From: an uncultured delta proteobacterium
Lineage (GTDB): Bacteria > Desulfobacterota > Syntrophia > Syntrophales > UBA2192
Direction of reading: 5' to 3'
DNA length: 64,000 nt
NCBI GenBank assembly: GCA_963810965.1
Contig: CAWEPT010000017.1
Location: 55,741-119,740, forward strand
Of this stretch, positions 63,091-64,000 are shown in pieces. Position 1 is the stretch's first letter. Each line of letters begins with the position of its first letter. The position numbers and the translations under genes are program-made. The notes below the pieces were generated by a model. That model saw only the letters and a program-made list of their open reading frames with translations, was not told the origin of the DNA and did no database searches.

Positions 63091-63204
63091 AAGGAACTGT
63101 AAAGCAGAGGCAAGGGGACAAAAGGATTGGTTTCAGACCCTGACGGTTGCCATTCGGGCCGCCCCGGAAGCAGGCCCGGGAGAGGAAAAGGAAGCGACGC
63201 CGGC

Positions 63205-64000
<796 letters not shown>

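Overview
High-GC (about 60% by eye) bacterial chromosomal window. Gene content suggests an anaerobic deltaproteobacterium-like (Desulfobacterota/Syntrophia-type) genome; this is an inference from the cimA-leuCD arrangement, a HesB-like selenoprotein and PEP-CTERM-type EPS genes. By manual reconstruction, about 35 of about 58 protein genes need at least one frame change. These hit housekeeping and accessory genes alike, so uncorrected assembly indels are more likely than pseudogenes. Spans for broken genes are my reconstructions across several track ORFs.

Layout:
- 1-8.9 kb: cimA 3' end, leuC, leuD, an Mla-like operon (mlaE, a motif-degenerate ABC ATPase, mlaD), a TPR lipoprotein, a PfkB kinase, a NadB-like flavoprotein and two tandem paralogous small membrane proteins.
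- 8.9-54.8 kb: an exopolysaccharide island of about 45 kb, bracketed by two AT-rich ORF-free regions. Each region carries a sigma54-type -24/-12 candidate with a TCAA..TTGA palindrome about 95 bp upstream.
  - About 40 plus-strand genes: glycosyltransferases, a WbpB/D/E-like trio, FemAB-like, GNAT-like and AsnB-like genes, Wzy-like and Wzx-like genes, and SxtJ/DUF5989/carbamoyltransferase.
  - Also a CDP-sugar branch and a stand-alone adenylation enzyme / carrier protein / acyl-CoA-dehydrogenase triad next to NeuD-like and DegT-like genes.
  - These converge on minus-strand epsF-like, epsG-like and PEP-CTERM-type ATPase genes.
  - No exosortase, Wza-type exporter or priming transferase is recognisable.
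- 54.8-64 kb: ATP-dependent DNA ligase plus ligase-associated exonuclease, a cold-shock protein, a cNMP-binding protein, an ABC-F ATPase, a HesB-like gene with an in-frame UGA (candidate selenocysteine), a B12-type radical SAM gene and a partial histidine kinase.

A recurrent family of intergenic hairpins built from tandem 7-9-nt words occurs at six or more spacers. No rRNA, tRNA, CRISPR array, transposase or integrase was recognised.
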